Part shown: positions 20,447 through 31,095 of the stretch, one piece after another
How the letters are laid out: the number at the start of each line of letters is the position of its first letter
Position numbering within the stretch: position 1 is the stretch's first letter
Source of the DNA: Candidatus Moraniibacteriota bacterium
GTDB taxonomy: Bacteria > Patescibacteriota > Minisyncoccia > Moranbacterales > GCA-2747515
Assembly (NCBI GenBank): GCA_027031495.1
Contig: JALVQA010000020.1
Coordinates: 1-60,866, forward strand
Length of the DNA stretch: 60,866 bases
Direction: 5' to 3'
Translations under genes and position numbers: made by a program
The notes under the pieces: generated by a model
Database searches by the model: none
What the model was told of the DNA's origin: nothing
The model's input: only the letters and a program-made list of their open reading frames with translations

Positions 20447-21369
20447 AATTTACTCCTTACCAAATTTACGATCTCTTGCGCAACATCAATACGCGCCTCC
20501 TCCAGGCAGTGTGCATACAAACCGGGGCGTCCATTCTCATCAACAATCTTATACCCATCTTCCGTGTAAATGAAATCAAAGCCAATAATGTCTTTGCCGA
20601 TAGCTTTTTGCGCTGCAACAGCACTCGCGCGCACCTCGTCGGGAATAGCAACGCACATTGACAATCGTCCTCTGCCGTCTATTCTGTCGGGATCATAAAT
20701 TTTCCAATCAGCCTCACCAATAAGCGGTTTTTGATAAGCAAAAAGCGCCTTTCCGCCAAAAACAACAACAGAAATCCACTTTGATAAATCATTTTTGTGA
20801 AAACGTTCCACTAAAAGCGAGTGATGTTTCCTCTCTGCAAAACTCAACATATACTCAACCGTACTCAGCAACACATCCACCGACTGCGCGCGCACGATGC
20901 CAATACCCCAACCACCGAAACGTGGCTTGAGCAACACATCCTGTTCATACTGCATAAAAACAGACTTTAGAGCATCTCTGTCGTCAGCGCGCACCAAAGC
21001 AAAATCGCCAACAGGGAGCCCTGCCTTTTTCAACGTCATGTGCGAGAGAAATTTATCATTCACAATTCTTGTGCTTTCTGCCGTATTTATAACAGCAACA
21101 TCGCTTTCCATCGCTTTTAAAACATGAAGAAAGTGATTATCAGCATGCCACTGTGATGGATGCACTGTATCGTGCCAAAAGTACACATCAAGATCATTTA
21201 GACATATATCGCCAACAAAGGCCTTGTCATTGAGCACATATCCCTCGCGAAAATCAACATCAATCACGTCACAGTCCACCTGCGCACGCAAAGTATCCTT
21301 TATGTGACGAATGTATGCTTGTGTAAAAATGCCTTGCTCTTTTTTACAAAACCCTATCTTTTTTTTCAT
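20443..21369 (-). CDS. RimK-like ATP-grasp ligase (divergent)
   Basis: NDKF..H..L…GLPV, LKPRFGGWGIGI, GFDF and VDENGRPG motifs. Confidence 0.85.
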   Translation of the reverse strand: MKKKIGFCKKEQGIFTQAYIRHIKDTLRAQVDCDVIDVDFREGYVLNDKAFVGDICLNDLDVYFWHDTVHPSQWHADNHFLHVLKAMESDVAVINTAESTRIVNDKFLSHMTLKKAGLPVGDFALVRADDRDALKSVFMQYEQDVLLKPRFGGWGIGIVRAQSVDVLLSTVEYMLSFAERKHHSLLVERFHKNDLSKWISVVVFGGKALFAYQKPLIGEADWKIYDPDRIDGRGRLSMCVAIPDEVRASAVAAQKAIGKDIIGFDFIYTEDGYKIVDENGRPGLYAHCLEEARIDVAQEIVNLVRSKL

Positions 21370-22207
21370 GGCAATGAAGTGCGTAATTAATAATGTCCTC
21401 TGCCGGGTTTATGCCAGTTGCTTCTTTGAAAGCGCTCCACTGCGGCGTATGGTTGACTTCAAGAATAAACGGCTTACTATTTTCATCAAAAATAATATCA
21501 ACACCGGCAATGTCATAGCCGACTGCGTCCTTGGCTTTCAGCGCCATTTCCGCAATTGCGCTGGAGAGAACGTATTTTTCTACTTTAGCACCCAAAGAAG
21601 CATTTGAGCGAAAGTCATCACCAACAGTAAAACGCTTGATCGCGCCAAGCACTGTTGTGCCAACAATAAACACACGTACATCACCGTCAGAGCGAATAAA
21701 TGTTTGCGCAAGAAAACCACGTTCATTCTCCTCAAAAAAACGCATCGCTTCTGCAAAAGTATCGTACTTGCGAACATCCTGCCCCTTTTGCCCATCAAGT
21801 GGCTTTACCACAATCGGAAACGTAGCGTCCGCTAGCAATACTCGCCACTGCGCCACCCTCAGCGCATAAAACGTTCGTGGACACGGCAAATTGTTCTGTT
21901 CAAGCAGCGCGATTTCTTGTATCTTATCACGAACATGTGATGCTGTCAGAATACTGTCTATCACAACCTTGCCACGCCTGTGTAGCATGAGCGCAAGCGT
22001 ATGCGCGAATCCTACCGATTTATTGTGCCCGCGAAACAAATATAGATCGTGTTGAAAGAATGGATGCGTTTCTATAGCGGAAAAATCAATGCCAATTTCC
22101 CCTATTGAGTAGAGTGTGCATGTATGTCCCTGTTGTACTGCAGCCGCACATAAATCTTGTGTATTAGGCGATGTCGGCGGACCAATAAGTGCAAAAGAAA
22201 GCGTCAT
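21344..22207 (-). CDS. RimK/LysX-family ATP-grasp ligase
   Basis: DKIQ…LPCPRT, VKPLDGQKGQDV, DVRVF, DFRSNASLG, AGVD and LEVNHTP motifs. Confidence 0.9.
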   Translation of the reverse strand: MTLSFALIGPPTSPNTQDLCAAAVQQGHTCTLYSIGEIGIDFSAIETHPFFQHDLYLFRGHNKSVGFAHTLALMLHRRGKVVIDSILTASHVRDKIQEIALLEQNNLPCPRTFYALRVAQWRVLLADATFPIVVKPLDGQKGQDVRKYDTFAEAMRFFEENERGFLAQTFIRSDGDVRVFIVGTTVLGAIKRFTVGDDFRSNASLGAKVEKYVLSSAIAEMALKAKDAVGYDIAGVDIIFDENSKPFILEVNHTPQWSAFKEATGINPAEDIINYALHCHEKKDRVL

Positions 22208-22281
22208 AGCGTAAAAAAAGTATTAAAACTATATATTTGTATAGTGTATCATAATAATAATAATATCGTCATACCGCACCA

Positions 22282-22965
22282 TCACACATCTACCAAAAGA
22301 CCGTCCTTGAGATAGACTACACGATCAACATACCTCTTGTCTTCCGATTCATGAGTTATCATGACGATTGCTTGACCATACGTGTCAACAAGCTCTCGCA
22401 TAATCTCAAGAACTGTACGAGCCGCAGCAGAATCGAGACTCGCCGTTGGTTCATCCGCAAAAAGAATTGCCGGCTTATTAACAATAGCACGCGCAATGGA
22501 AACACGCTGTTTTTCACCACCTGAAAGTTCCGCCGGCAAACTCTTTTCTTTTCCCTCAAGACCAACGCGCTTGATAAGTTCGCGCACATCAGCATCATAG
22601 CGACGACGTGTACGGCCAAGTGCCATTAGTGGTAGCGCAATATTTTCATATGCTGTTAGCTCCGGTATAAGCGCATGATCTTGAAAGATATACCCGAGTA
22701 CGTCCAGGCGAAAACGGGCGCGTGCACGCTCACTCAATACCAAGACATCAACGCCTTTAATTTCCAGAGAGCCGGATGTCGGTATATCAAGAAGTGCTAA
22801 TTGATGAAGAAATGTTGACTTTCCAGAGCCGCTGCGCCCCATCATCGCCACAAACTCGCCTTTACGCAATGTAAGTGATACACCACGCAGAGCATGCACA
22901 GGATGTGTACTGTGTTCTCTATATGTTCTAACAATGTTTTGCGCTTTCAAAATATACTCTTGCAT
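22282..22965 (-). CDS. ABC transporter ATP-binding protein (MacB/LolD type)
   Basis: GRSGSGKS, LSGGEKQRV, FADEPT. Confidence 0.93.
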   Translation of the reverse strand: MQEYILKAQNIVRTYREHSTHPVHALRGVSLTLRKGEFVAMMGRSGSGKSTFLHQLALLDIPTSGSLEIKGVDVLVLSERARARFRLDVLGYIFQDHALIPELTAYENIALPLMALGRTRRRYDADVRELIKRVGLEGKEKSLPAELSGGEKQRVSIARAIVNKPAILFADEPTASLDSAAARTVLEIMRELVDTYGQAIVMITHESEDKRYVDRVVYLKDGLLVDV

Positions 22966-22974
22966 AAAAAATAT

Positions 22975-24183
22975 TTATCGCATCAATACTAAAATCTTTT
23001 TGTGTACCTCTTTCATTGCCGGGAAAAGTGAGCCAATAAATCCGGCGCTCACAAAGAGAGTAATGCTTGCAATAAGCGCGTCTCTTTCAACAACAGGCAC
23101 CATCCATCCCATCGGAAAATCAATCGGATGTGCAGTAAAATATTGTATAACACCATATGTCATAAGAAGATAGCCAAGCACAACACCAAGGATCGTGTAA
23201 AACATGCCGCGCAAGACATATGAGAAGATGATAACGTGCTCCGGGATGCCAATTGCCTTGAGGATGCCGATTTGACGTCGTCTATTAACAACATCAATAA
23301 AAATAATAATGAAAATGACAAGCCCAGCAACCAAAGAACCGATGACGCGCAAAATCGTGCCGACTTTGTCAAAAGATTTATTGATTGTACGCCCAAATGC
23401 AATTTTCTCGTTCCAGTCAGCAATCTCGTAGTCACCCAATCCAAGTGCATGCACAGCGACTATCATGCGAGATGAAAGTGTGCGATCTGTAAGACGTACA
23501 ACAATTTCGCTTGCCTCATTCGTTGTGCCAAAAACAGCATTAAAATCATCGCGCACCATGAGCATGCGCGCATCCATCTCAAAATTTTTCGTCCGATAAA
23601 TACCAATGACGTCATAATCCATTGTCACACCATTGTCAAAAGTTACCGTTATAGCATCGCCGCTACGCACATCTTCAAGGTCTTTCGCAAAAACTGAGCC
23701 ACCATAGCCGCCTGCCGCGTCTGCACCAAGAATAACCTTGCCACGATCACCCGCCTCAAAGTAACGTCCATCAATAATGTGCGATTTAATATCTGCGACA
23801 GTATTGTTTGCAATAGGATCAATGCCGTTTACAACCGTGCGTAAATATTTTACATCGCGACCATCACCACCCTTATCGAACGCAAGAAGTGCGCCGGTTG
23901 CAGTGCGTGCTGCAATACCTTTGACATACTCAAAATCCTTCAACGCATCAATTATTGCACGTGTCTGCTTGATATATTTTTCTCCTTCTTGCGGTTCAAT
24001 AATCACTTCACCGTACTGATAGTCAATCTTAATATTATTCATTGTCACCGTAATGCCATCAAAAACAGCATCAACAAAGAGAAGGTTTACAAATACAACT
24101 AACATGATAAGGGTTGTCAGTATAAGCGACCCCTTATCACCACGCATAATTGTTTTCAGAGCAAGAAAAAATGCCATTTTCAT
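22975..24183 (-). CDS. ABC permease, FtsX/MacB type
   Basis: One TM, large external domain, three TMs; RRRQIGILKAIG signature. Confidence 0.9.
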   Translation of the reverse strand: MKMAFFLALKTIMRGDKGSLILTTLIMLVVFVNLLFVDAVFDGITVTMNNIKIDYQYGEVIIEPQEGEKYIKQTRAIIDALKDFEYVKGIAARTATGALLAFDKGGDGRDVKYLRTVVNGIDPIANNTVADIKSHIIDGRYFEAGDRGKVILGADAAGGYGGSVFAKDLEDVRSGDAITVTFDNGVTMDYDVIGIYRTKNFEMDARMLMVRDDFNAVFGTTNEASEIVVRLTDRTLSSRMIVAVHALGLGDYEIADWNEKIAFGRTINKSFDKVGTILRVIGSLVAGLVIFIIIFIDVVNRRRQIGILKAIGIPEHVIIFSYVLRGMFYTILGVVLGYLLMTYGVIQYFTAHPIDFPMGWMVPVVERDALIASITLFVSAGFIGSLFPAMKEVHKKILVLMR

Positions 24184-24194
24184 ACGATGCGTCG

Positions 24195-25202
24195 CTATAT
24201 TCCTTTTTTGTGCGGCTTCACAATTTCTTGACCGCGCGTAAGACCTTGCACGACCTCAACATATGCATCACCGATCAATCCTTCGTGAAAATACTTTTTC
24301 GCAAGGACAATGTCACTATCATTACTATTCAGAACATAAACAAAGTATCCATGCTCGTCCTTAAAGGCAAAATCACGTGGCACAACAGTAACACCATCGC
24401 GTCGCGCATACTCAATATCAATATCAGCACTCATGCCGTCGCGCAAAACAATGTCATCATCATTATCGTCACGTACGATAACCGCCTTGTAGTATGTATT
24501 ATTTTGCAGATGCGTGCTACCAACATCAACAGTCTGCACATATCCTTTCAGCGTTACACCGGGATACGCATCAAATTTGATCGTTGCACGTGCATCAGAA
24601 CGCACTTTTGCAATATCAACTTCCGGCACAAGTGCTTCTATTTGCAGTGTTGCCGGATCAATAATGCGCATGAGCACACCCTGCGCAATATTACCAACGT
24701 GCGCATTTTGCGCAACGATAACACCATTAATCGGTGACGTGATTACCGTCTTGCGCGCATGTGCAAGGAGCTCTCTTAATTTCTGACGCGCCTGCTCCGA
24801 TGCCTTTTTGAGACTAAGAATTTCACGTGAACTAAGGCCACTTGACTTGTGTCGCCCTTGATTTTCAGCTAATTCAGCACGTTCAACTGCAAGTTGCGCG
24901 TGGCGTATTTTCGCGTCAATATCGCCTCTCTCCAAGCGCACCAAGACCTGTCCCTTTGTAACATGATCATTAACGTCCGCGCCAACCCATACAATTCGTG
25001 GCGATAATTCTGCTGCGACATCACTGTATACACGAGGACGTACTGTCGCATCAACATCAATTACTGCATGCACATTGCCAACTTCAACAATGTGGCGCTC
25101 GTATACCTCTTGCGTATTACCGCTACCACTCCTATGTACAAACCACCATAAACCAGCTACCGCAACAATCACCATGCCACCATAAATAAGTTTTTTCTTC
25201 AT
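24195..25202 (-). CDS. Membrane-fusion/periplasmic adaptor subunit (HlyD/MacA type)
   Basis: N-terminal TM, lipoyl halves (V.KGQVLVRL; ITSPINGVI), PEVDIAKV and V..GL..G. Start trimmed to MKKKLI. Confidence 0.88.
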   Translation of the reverse strand: MKKKLIYGGMVIVAVAGLWWFVHRSGSGNTQEVYERHIVEVGNVHAVIDVDATVRPRVYSDVAAELSPRIVWVGADVNDHVTKGQVLVRLERGDIDAKIRHAQLAVERAELAENQGRHKSSGLSSREILSLKKASEQARQKLRELLAHARKTVITSPINGVIVAQNAHVGNIAQGVLMRIIDPATLQIEALVPEVDIAKVRSDARATIKFDAYPGVTLKGYVQTVDVGSTHLQNNTYYKAVIVRDDNDDDIVLRDGMSADIDIEYARRDGVTVVPRDFAFKDEHGYFVYVLNSNDSDIVLAKKYFHEGLIGDAYVEVVQGLTRGQEIVKPHKKGI

Positions 25203-25257
25203 TGCATTGTTATTAAACATACCACTCTGTTTAGTATACACCACATGTATGCACACT

Positions 25258-25283
25258 AAAAACACCCACATGACGTGGATGTT
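25258..25283 (-). terminator. Terminator after tRNA-Asn
   Basis: Minus strand aacatccac-gtcat-gtgggtgtt followed by T run. Confidence 0.55.
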
Positions 25284-25290
25284 CTTCTTG

Positions 25291-25362
25291 CTCCGCGGAT
25301 AGGATTCGAACCTATGACCAATTGGTTAACAGCCAACTGCTCTACCACTGAGCTACCGCGGA
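25291..25362 (-). tRNA. tRNA-Asn(GTT)
   Basis: TCCGCGG acceptor stem, anticodon loop ctGTTaa, GGTTCGAATCC; CCA not encoded. Confidence 0.95.
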
Positions 25363-25522
25363 ATACTTCTACATATTGTGAAACAAAAAGTACGAAACTG
25401 TATCGCGCTGACACCATTTTACAGTACAGCCAAAAAAAATGCAAGTACCATATGCAGAAAAAAGTGAAAAGACCGTCGCATATGACGATCTTTTCCGGAA
25501 AACTTTGCGTACATGCAAAAGA

Positions 25523-26545
25523 CTATACTTCTTCGCTCTGCGCAGCACGTACTGCCTTCATGATATCTTTTTGTATCGCCGCAAGTACTTTTTTATTTTC
25601 TTTCAGATACGCACGCACCTTTTCACGCCCAACACCAAGTTTCTCGTCTTTGTAAGTATAACTATTGCCGGATTTCTTAATAACACCAAATTTTACACCC
25701 ATATCAAGTGCATCGCCGGTAATGGAGATCCCTTCATTATACATAATGTCAAACTCTGCCATACGAAACGGTGCCGCCACTTTATTTTTTACAATCTTTG
25801 CCTTTACGCGATTGCCAACAACGGCATCACCTTTTTTGATCTGTGCGGCGCGACGAATCTCAATACGCACCGATGAGTAAAACTTTAACGCCTGTCCACC
25901 GGTTGTTGTTTCAGGATTACCAAAAACAACGCCAATTTTCATACGAATCTGGTTGATAAAAATAACAACCGTATTTGACTGTGCTACAAGTGGTGTTAAC
26001 TTACGCATCGCCTGTGACATCAGACGTGCCTGACGACCCATGTGCTGATCCCCCATCTCACCTTCAATTTCTGCTTGTGGCACAAGCGCTGCAACAGAGT
26101 CAACAATAATCACATCAATCGCTTTTGATTTGACAAGCGTCTCAACAATATCAAGCGCCTGTTCACCAGAGTCTGGCTGCGAAATGAGCAACTCATCAAC
26201 GTTTACACCAATCCTCTTTGCATACTGCGGATCAAGTGCATGTTCCGCATCAACAAACGCTGCCGTGCCGCCCATCTTTTGCGCATTCGCTACGACGTGA
26301 AGTGCAAGCGTCGTCTTTCCTGACGACTCAGGACCATAAATTTCAATAATCCTGCCACGTGGCACACCGCCGATACCAAGCGCTAAATCAAGTGACACTG
26401 CACCTGTGGGAATTGCGTCAACATCAACATTGTTAACATCTCCCAATTTCATGATGATACCATCGCCGAATTTACTCTTGATTTCATCAACAACGGAGCT
26501 GATATCCTTCTTGTCTGCCATCGCTTCTTTCTTTGCTTTTGCCAT
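25523..26545 (-). CDS. recA: Recombinase A
   Basis: [41 protein letters not shown]. Confidence 0.99.
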   Translation of the reverse strand: MAKAKKEAMADKKDISSVVDEIKSKFGDGIIMKLGDVNNVDVDAIPTGAVSLDLALGIGGVPRGRIIEIYGPESSGKTTLALHVVANAQKMGGTAAFVDAEHALDPQYAKRIGVNVDELLISQPDSGEQALDIVETLVKSKAIDVIIVDSVAALVPQAEIEGEMGDQHMGRQARLMSQAMRKLTPLVAQSNTVVIFINQIRMKIGVVFGNPETTTGGQALKFYSSVRIEIRRAAQIKKGDAVVGNRVKAKIVKNKVAAPFRMAEFDIMYNEGISITGDALDMGVKFGVIKKSGNSYTYKDEKLGVGREKVRAYLKENKKVLAAIQKDIMKAVRAAQSEEV

Positions 26546-26583
26546 AACAATTTATCTTTTGGAATTACATTCCCCCATGTCAC

Positions 26584-27753
26584 CTATTCTACCACATCTT
26601 TATTTGATGTCTCCTTGTTGGTCTCTTTTTTCTCCTGCATTACATCTTCAGCATCTGTCACAGATTTATCATCGCCAGATTTTTCGTCAACATCAACAGT
26701 TGAAAACTGTGCCTCCTGTGCGTTATTACTATCATTAACTGTAAAACGCACATCCTTCACAAGTCCCGTTATCTTGGCAAGTGGCGCGAAATGTTCTCCG
26801 TCACGTGACACCATAGTTCGCGCACCATCACTGGATGTTACACTAATTTCTTTACCCTCAAAAACATCATTAAAGCCACTCTCAACAGTCTTTGCCAGAA
26901 TTTCTTTGCCGTCAACGATAATTTTTAACCATGTGCGCGCACCTTCCACACGTACAAAAAGTTTTACGGTATCGGGAAGATGTGTCTGCGTTGGTGATGG
27001 CTGCGGCGGCTCAGGATTTGCATAGCGCACAGATATACTTTTTTCTGTCACTTTATCAAAGCGATTTTTTGCACGTACAACAACATCATTCACACCCTCT
27101 TGTAAAAAAACACGCGTTTCAAAATGCCCATCCTGACCAACAATAACATCCTCACCGCTGATAGAAAGCGTAGCTGACGGATCAGTCGTGCCGGAAACAA
27201 CAATCTCCGGCTCATTTACAACAGCACCATTTGCCGGTGTAGCCACGACAACAAGTGGCGCACCAATAAATGAACGTAAAACGGTAAAAAGATAGAGCGC
27301 GCCACCGAGAGCGAAAAGTACACTGACAATGGAAATAATTTGTCGTTTTGTGAAAAGCGCACGATAAAGATGTACTCTCTTCACAACGTAGGGACGTGCA
27401 CTATCATTGTCATGCACACTTTTTGCTTTGCCAACATTTTTCTTGATACCAAGCTCACGAGTGTACAGTGTCACGAGATGCTTTGGATGCACTCCAAGCA
27501 CAGGCGCTATTGTACGCAAAAAACCACGCACATACACAGGTGCTGGCAAATCATCAAAGCGCCCTTCTTCAAGTGCTTTAATGTGTTTGAGATGCACACA
27601 CGTTTTATCGGCAACATCTTCCTGCGTAAGCGCACATTCCTTTCGCAACGCCTTCAGACGTGCAGCAAGCGTGCATTTATCAATTTTTTTATGTTCAAAA
27701 AGCGCGCTTGCACACTTTTCATCTTTTTTGCACTCTCTTTGTCTTGCATACAT
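26584..27753 (-). CDS. RodZ-like HTH membrane protein with Ig-like and DUF4115-like external domains
   Basis: HTH ALEEG.FDDLPAPVYVRGFL, single TM, then TDPSATL.I.G Ig-like and TWLKI.VDG segments; between ftsK and recA. Confidence 0.8.
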   Translation of the reverse strand: MYARQRECKKDEKCASALFEHKKIDKCTLAARLKALRKECALTQEDVADKTCVHLKHIKALEEGRFDDLPAPVYVRGFLRTIAPVLGVHPKHLVTLYTRELGIKKNVGKAKSVHDNDSARPYVVKRVHLYRALFTKRQIISIVSVLFALGGALYLFTVLRSFIGAPLVVVATPANGAVVNEPEIVVSGTTDPSATLSISGEDVIVGQDGHFETRVFLQEGVNDVVVRAKNRFDKVTEKSISVRYANPEPPQPSPTQTHLPDTVKLFVRVEGARTWLKIIVDGKEILAKTVESGFNDVFEGKEISVTSSDGARTMVSRDGEHFAPLAKITGLVKDVRFTVNDSNNAQEAQFSTVDVDEKSGDDKSVTDAEDVMQEKKETNKETSNKDVVE

Positions 27754-27794
27754 ACATCAGTCAAAATACATTGCTTACACACTTGCAAATACCA

Positions 27795-30143
27795 TTACGT
27801 TGGTATTTGACTTTCATCAATATCGGCACCATCCTCGCTTTCATCAACGAGTACTTTGCGTGGCTTTGCGCCATCTGCTGGCGAAATAATACCATTGTCT
27901 TCAAGTTCATCAATAAGGCGCGCCGCACGTGAATAGCCAATGCGAAAACGTCGTTGTAAATACGATGTTGAAGCTTTTCGTGTTTTGATAACAAGCGCCT
28001 TCGCTTCAGCGTAGAGCGGATCACTACTCTCTTCACTGCCCGCTTCTTCATCCGGCGCAAAATCCATCATATGCGCTGTACCACTCGTCTGTGCTGATTC
28101 TATCACTTCTTCCAGACCATCCTCTGCATCATCAGCCCACTCTTGTTTACGCAAGAAGTCAACAATATTCTTAACCTCTTCTTCTGTAATATAGATACTC
28201 TGGATACGCTTTGATTGTGGATGCTCCGGTGAAAGATAAAGCATATCACCACGTCCGATAAGCGTTTCGGCACCGGGACGATCAATAATCGTGCGCGAAT
28301 CTATTTGCGTTGCAACGCGCAGTGCAATACGCGTCGGTATATTCGCTTTGATCAAGCCAGTCAATACCTCCACGCTTGGACGCTGCGTTGAGAGAATAAG
28401 ATGAATACCAACAGCACGTGCCATCTGAGCAATGCGCACAATTACGCCCTCTATCTCTTTACCATGCGATGCCATCAAATCAGCCATTTCATCGATCACA
28501 ATAACAATTGCAGGAAGCTTTGTGTGTTCCTCGGGATTAAGCGTGCCAGATGCAACTTTTTTGTTGTACCCCTCCAAGTCACGAACGCCGGCCACTTGCA
28601 ATAGTATATATCGACGCTCCATTTCCTGCACAGCCCACTTAAGCGCATTGAGCACTTTACTGTTATCAACAATAACTTCGGAAAGAAGATGCGGAATACC
28701 GTTGTAAAGCGACAACTCAACACGCTTTGGATCTATGAGAATAAAACGCAAATCATCAGGCGTGTTCTGGTAAAGTAATGATACAATCATTGCATTAATC
28801 GTAACAGACTTACCAGAACCTGTTGATCCGGCAACAAGAACATGTGGCATCTTTGCAAGATCCGCAATAACATATTTACCGTTAACATCCTTTCCAAGCG
28901 CCATCTTAAGACCCGGTTTACGATAAGGAAACGCAGAAGACCGCAACACATCGCGCATACGCACGCTTGCAATTTTTGTATTTGGCACTTCAATACCAAT
29001 CAATGATTTGCCGGGAATCGGTGCTTCAATGCGCACAGAGTGCGCGGCAAGCGTAAGAGCAAGATCATCCGCAAGTGCCGTAATACGCGATAGCTTCACG
29101 CCTGCAGGTGGACGGAACGAGTATTGTGTAACTGTTGGACCAACAACGATTTCCGCAGGGACAAGATCAATGCCAAAATTAGAGAATTTCTCTTGAATCA
29201 TTTTTTGCACACGACGTGTGTTTCCGGCAACCGCTTTATCATCGCCTGACGACTGCACAAGGGTAACAGGTGGAATTTCCCACACATTTTCCTTTTTTAC
29301 AGCACTCTTCTGAGGCTTAGCTTCAAATGCATCCTCATTAAGCTCATCATTCTCATTGTCGTCATATTCGTCATTTTCATGAGTACTACTATCTTTCTTG
29401 CCAGTTTTGCTATCATTGGCGACATTACTACGTCCAGCATCATCAAAGCGCATATTTTTAATATTCACATCGATTTCGTCATTTTCATCATCTTCTTCAC
29501 CGTCATCGTACTCTTCTTCATCATCGTAATCGCCATCTACTTCATCCTCGTCATCATCATATTCTTCGTCGTATTCCTCATCATACTCTTCGTCTCGTCG
29601 TCCAAGTGCACGCACACGATCCTTTGCAGATGACACACGCTCTGAAAGAGAACGCATTATCGGCAAAATAGAAAGATTAAATGAAACAAGAACGCTAGAC
29701 AAAAGCATGGCGATAAGAATGGCAACGCCGGCAATAACACCTGTAAATTTTCGTAAACCAACAGCAAGTACATAACCACTATATCCGCCGCCGTGACCAC
29801 TCTGCGCAACATCTTTCATTTGTTCCGGATCAATAAATATGTGCAAAAGACCGAGAATACTTAAGAACGCCAAAACAAAACCAATAATATTGCCGACATA
29901 AAAAACTGTACGCTCTTGCCGTTTTAGAAGAATAATTCCGACAAGAATCATCAAAAGTGGCATGATCCATTTGCCGTAGCCAAAAAGTGCCCCAAAGACA
30001 CTATTAAACCATTCGCCAACAATCGCCGCCGACGAGAAAAAACCGAGAAAACTGATAAGTGCACAGAGAAAGAGAAAAATTGCAACAATACTGCGCTTCA
30101 CATCACCGCTTAGACCAGTATGGTGTTTCTTTTTTTGTGCCAT
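27795..30143 (-). CDS. ftsK: DNA translocase FtsK/SpoIIIE
   Basis: Four N-terminal TMs, acidic linker, AGSTGSGKSV, ARAVGIHLILSTQRPS, gamma domain LQRRFRIGYSRAARLID. Confidence 0.97.
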   Translation of the reverse strand: MAQKKKHHTGLSGDVKRSIVAIFLFLCALISFLGFFSSAAIVGEWFNSVFGALFGYGKWIMPLLMILVGIILLKRQERTVFYVGNIIGFVLAFLSILGLLHIFIDPEQMKDVAQSGHGGGYSGYVLAVGLRKFTGVIAGVAILIAMLLSSVLVSFNLSILPIMRSLSERVSSAKDRVRALGRRDEEYDEEYDEEYDDDEDEVDGDYDDEEEYDDGEEDDENDEIDVNIKNMRFDDAGRSNVANDSKTGKKDSSTHENDEYDDNENDELNEDAFEAKPQKSAVKKENVWEIPPVTLVQSSGDDKAVAGNTRRVQKMIQEKFSNFGIDLVPAEIVVGPTVTQYSFRPPAGVKLSRITALADDLALTLAAHSVRIEAPIPGKSLIGIEVPNTKIASVRMRDVLRSSAFPYRKPGLKMALGKDVNGKYVIADLAKMPHVLVAGSTGSGKSVTINAMIVSLLYQNTPDDLRFILIDPKRVELSLYNGIPHLLSEVIVDNSKVLNALKWAVQEMERRYILLQVAGVRDLEGYNKKVASGTLNPEEHTKLPAIVIVIDEMADLMASHGKEIEGVIVRIAQMARAVGIHLILSTQRPSVEVLTGLIKANIPTRIALRVATQIDSRTIIDRPGAETLIGRGDMLYLSPEHPQSKRIQSIYITEEEVKNIVDFLRKQEWADDAEDGLEEVIESAQTSGTAHMMDFAPDEEAGSEESSDPLYAEAKALVIKTRKASTSYLQRRFRIGYSRAARLIDELEDNGIISPADGAKPRKVLVDESEDGADIDESQIPT

Positions 30144-30244
30144 AAATCTATATATACTTACAATCAAACAGAATGTGGTACACTCCTTTACAATAACACA
30201 TCCTAAACACTTTCAAAATCTCTATAAAATGTTTCTCCGCGACA

Positions 30245-31051
30245 TTATGAGAATGTATACTCTATACCAACAGGACAGTGATCAGATCCGTAGATATCGT
30301 TATCAATAAAAGCATCTGTAACATTCTCCATAAATGATGTGTGGAGAAAAAAATAGTCGAGACGCCATCCAACATTGCGCTCACGTGCGCGCGTTACCAT
30401 GTTCCACCACGAGTATTTCTTTTCATTAGGATGCAGCGCGCGCCACACATCAACCCATCCATCTGCAATAAAACGGTCTATACGCGCACGTTCTTCCGGA
30501 TGAAAGCAAATTTTTCCATCATTCTCTTTCGAATGCGCGAGATCAATTGGCTTGTGTGCCACATTCATGTCGCCACCAACAACGACAACACGCCCGCGTG
30601 CATGCAGTGTATTCATGTACGCGCGGATATCATCGTAAAAGGTGAGTTTATCGTGCCATGCCTGTTCACTCTTACCACCATTGGGAAAGTATACGGAGAG
30701 GATGCTATAGGAAGTTTTAGCATATGAAAAGTGCAGACACAACACACGCCCTTCGTTCGCATTAACAAGATGTGGTACGTGCGTATCAAAGGCAATATTT
30801 TGCAAATGCTCTAAAAATGTTCGCTTAATCCATATACCAGTACCGGCATAACCCGCCTTTTGTGCGCTGTGATAGTGCTGTGCATACGCTTCATTTTGCG
30901 TAAGATAGGGAGAAAATTGTTCTACAGAACCCTTGATTTCTTGGAGAAGAAAGAGATCAGGTGCATGCACATCCAAAAAAGTCTGTAGCGCACCTTTGCG
31001 CTCCACAGCACGCAAGCCATTTACATTCCATGAAATAATTTTTCCTATCAT
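30245..31051 (-). CDS. xth: Exodeoxyribonuclease III / AP endonuclease
   Basis: SWNVNGLR, LQEIK, YFPNG, GDMNVAH, GWRLDY, GSDHCPV. Confidence 0.95.
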   Translation of the reverse strand: MIGKIISWNVNGLRAVERKGALQTFLDVHAPDLFLLQEIKGSVEQFSPYLTQNEAYAQHYHSAQKAGYAGTGIWIKRTFLEHLQNIAFDTHVPHLVNANEGRVLCLHFSYAKTSYSILSVYFPNGGKSEQAWHDKLTFYDDIRAYMNTLHARGRVVVVGGDMNVAHKPIDLAHSKENDGKICFHPEERARIDRFIADGWVDVWRALHPNEKKYSWWNMVTRARERNVGWRLDYFFLHTSFMENVTDAFIDNDIYGSDHCPVGIEYTFS

Positions 31052-31095
31052 TTCTTTCTCGTTTTTCACAATACCTACACACTACCAATTATTTA

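Noticed and set aside
20443-25202. Graspetide RiPP cluster
   Set aside because: No short precursor ORF with repeated core motifs nearby, and the ligases look RimK-like.
29480-29600. Trinucleotide-like repeats in ftsK
   Set aside because: They encode the Asp/Glu-rich low-complexity linker usual for FtsK.
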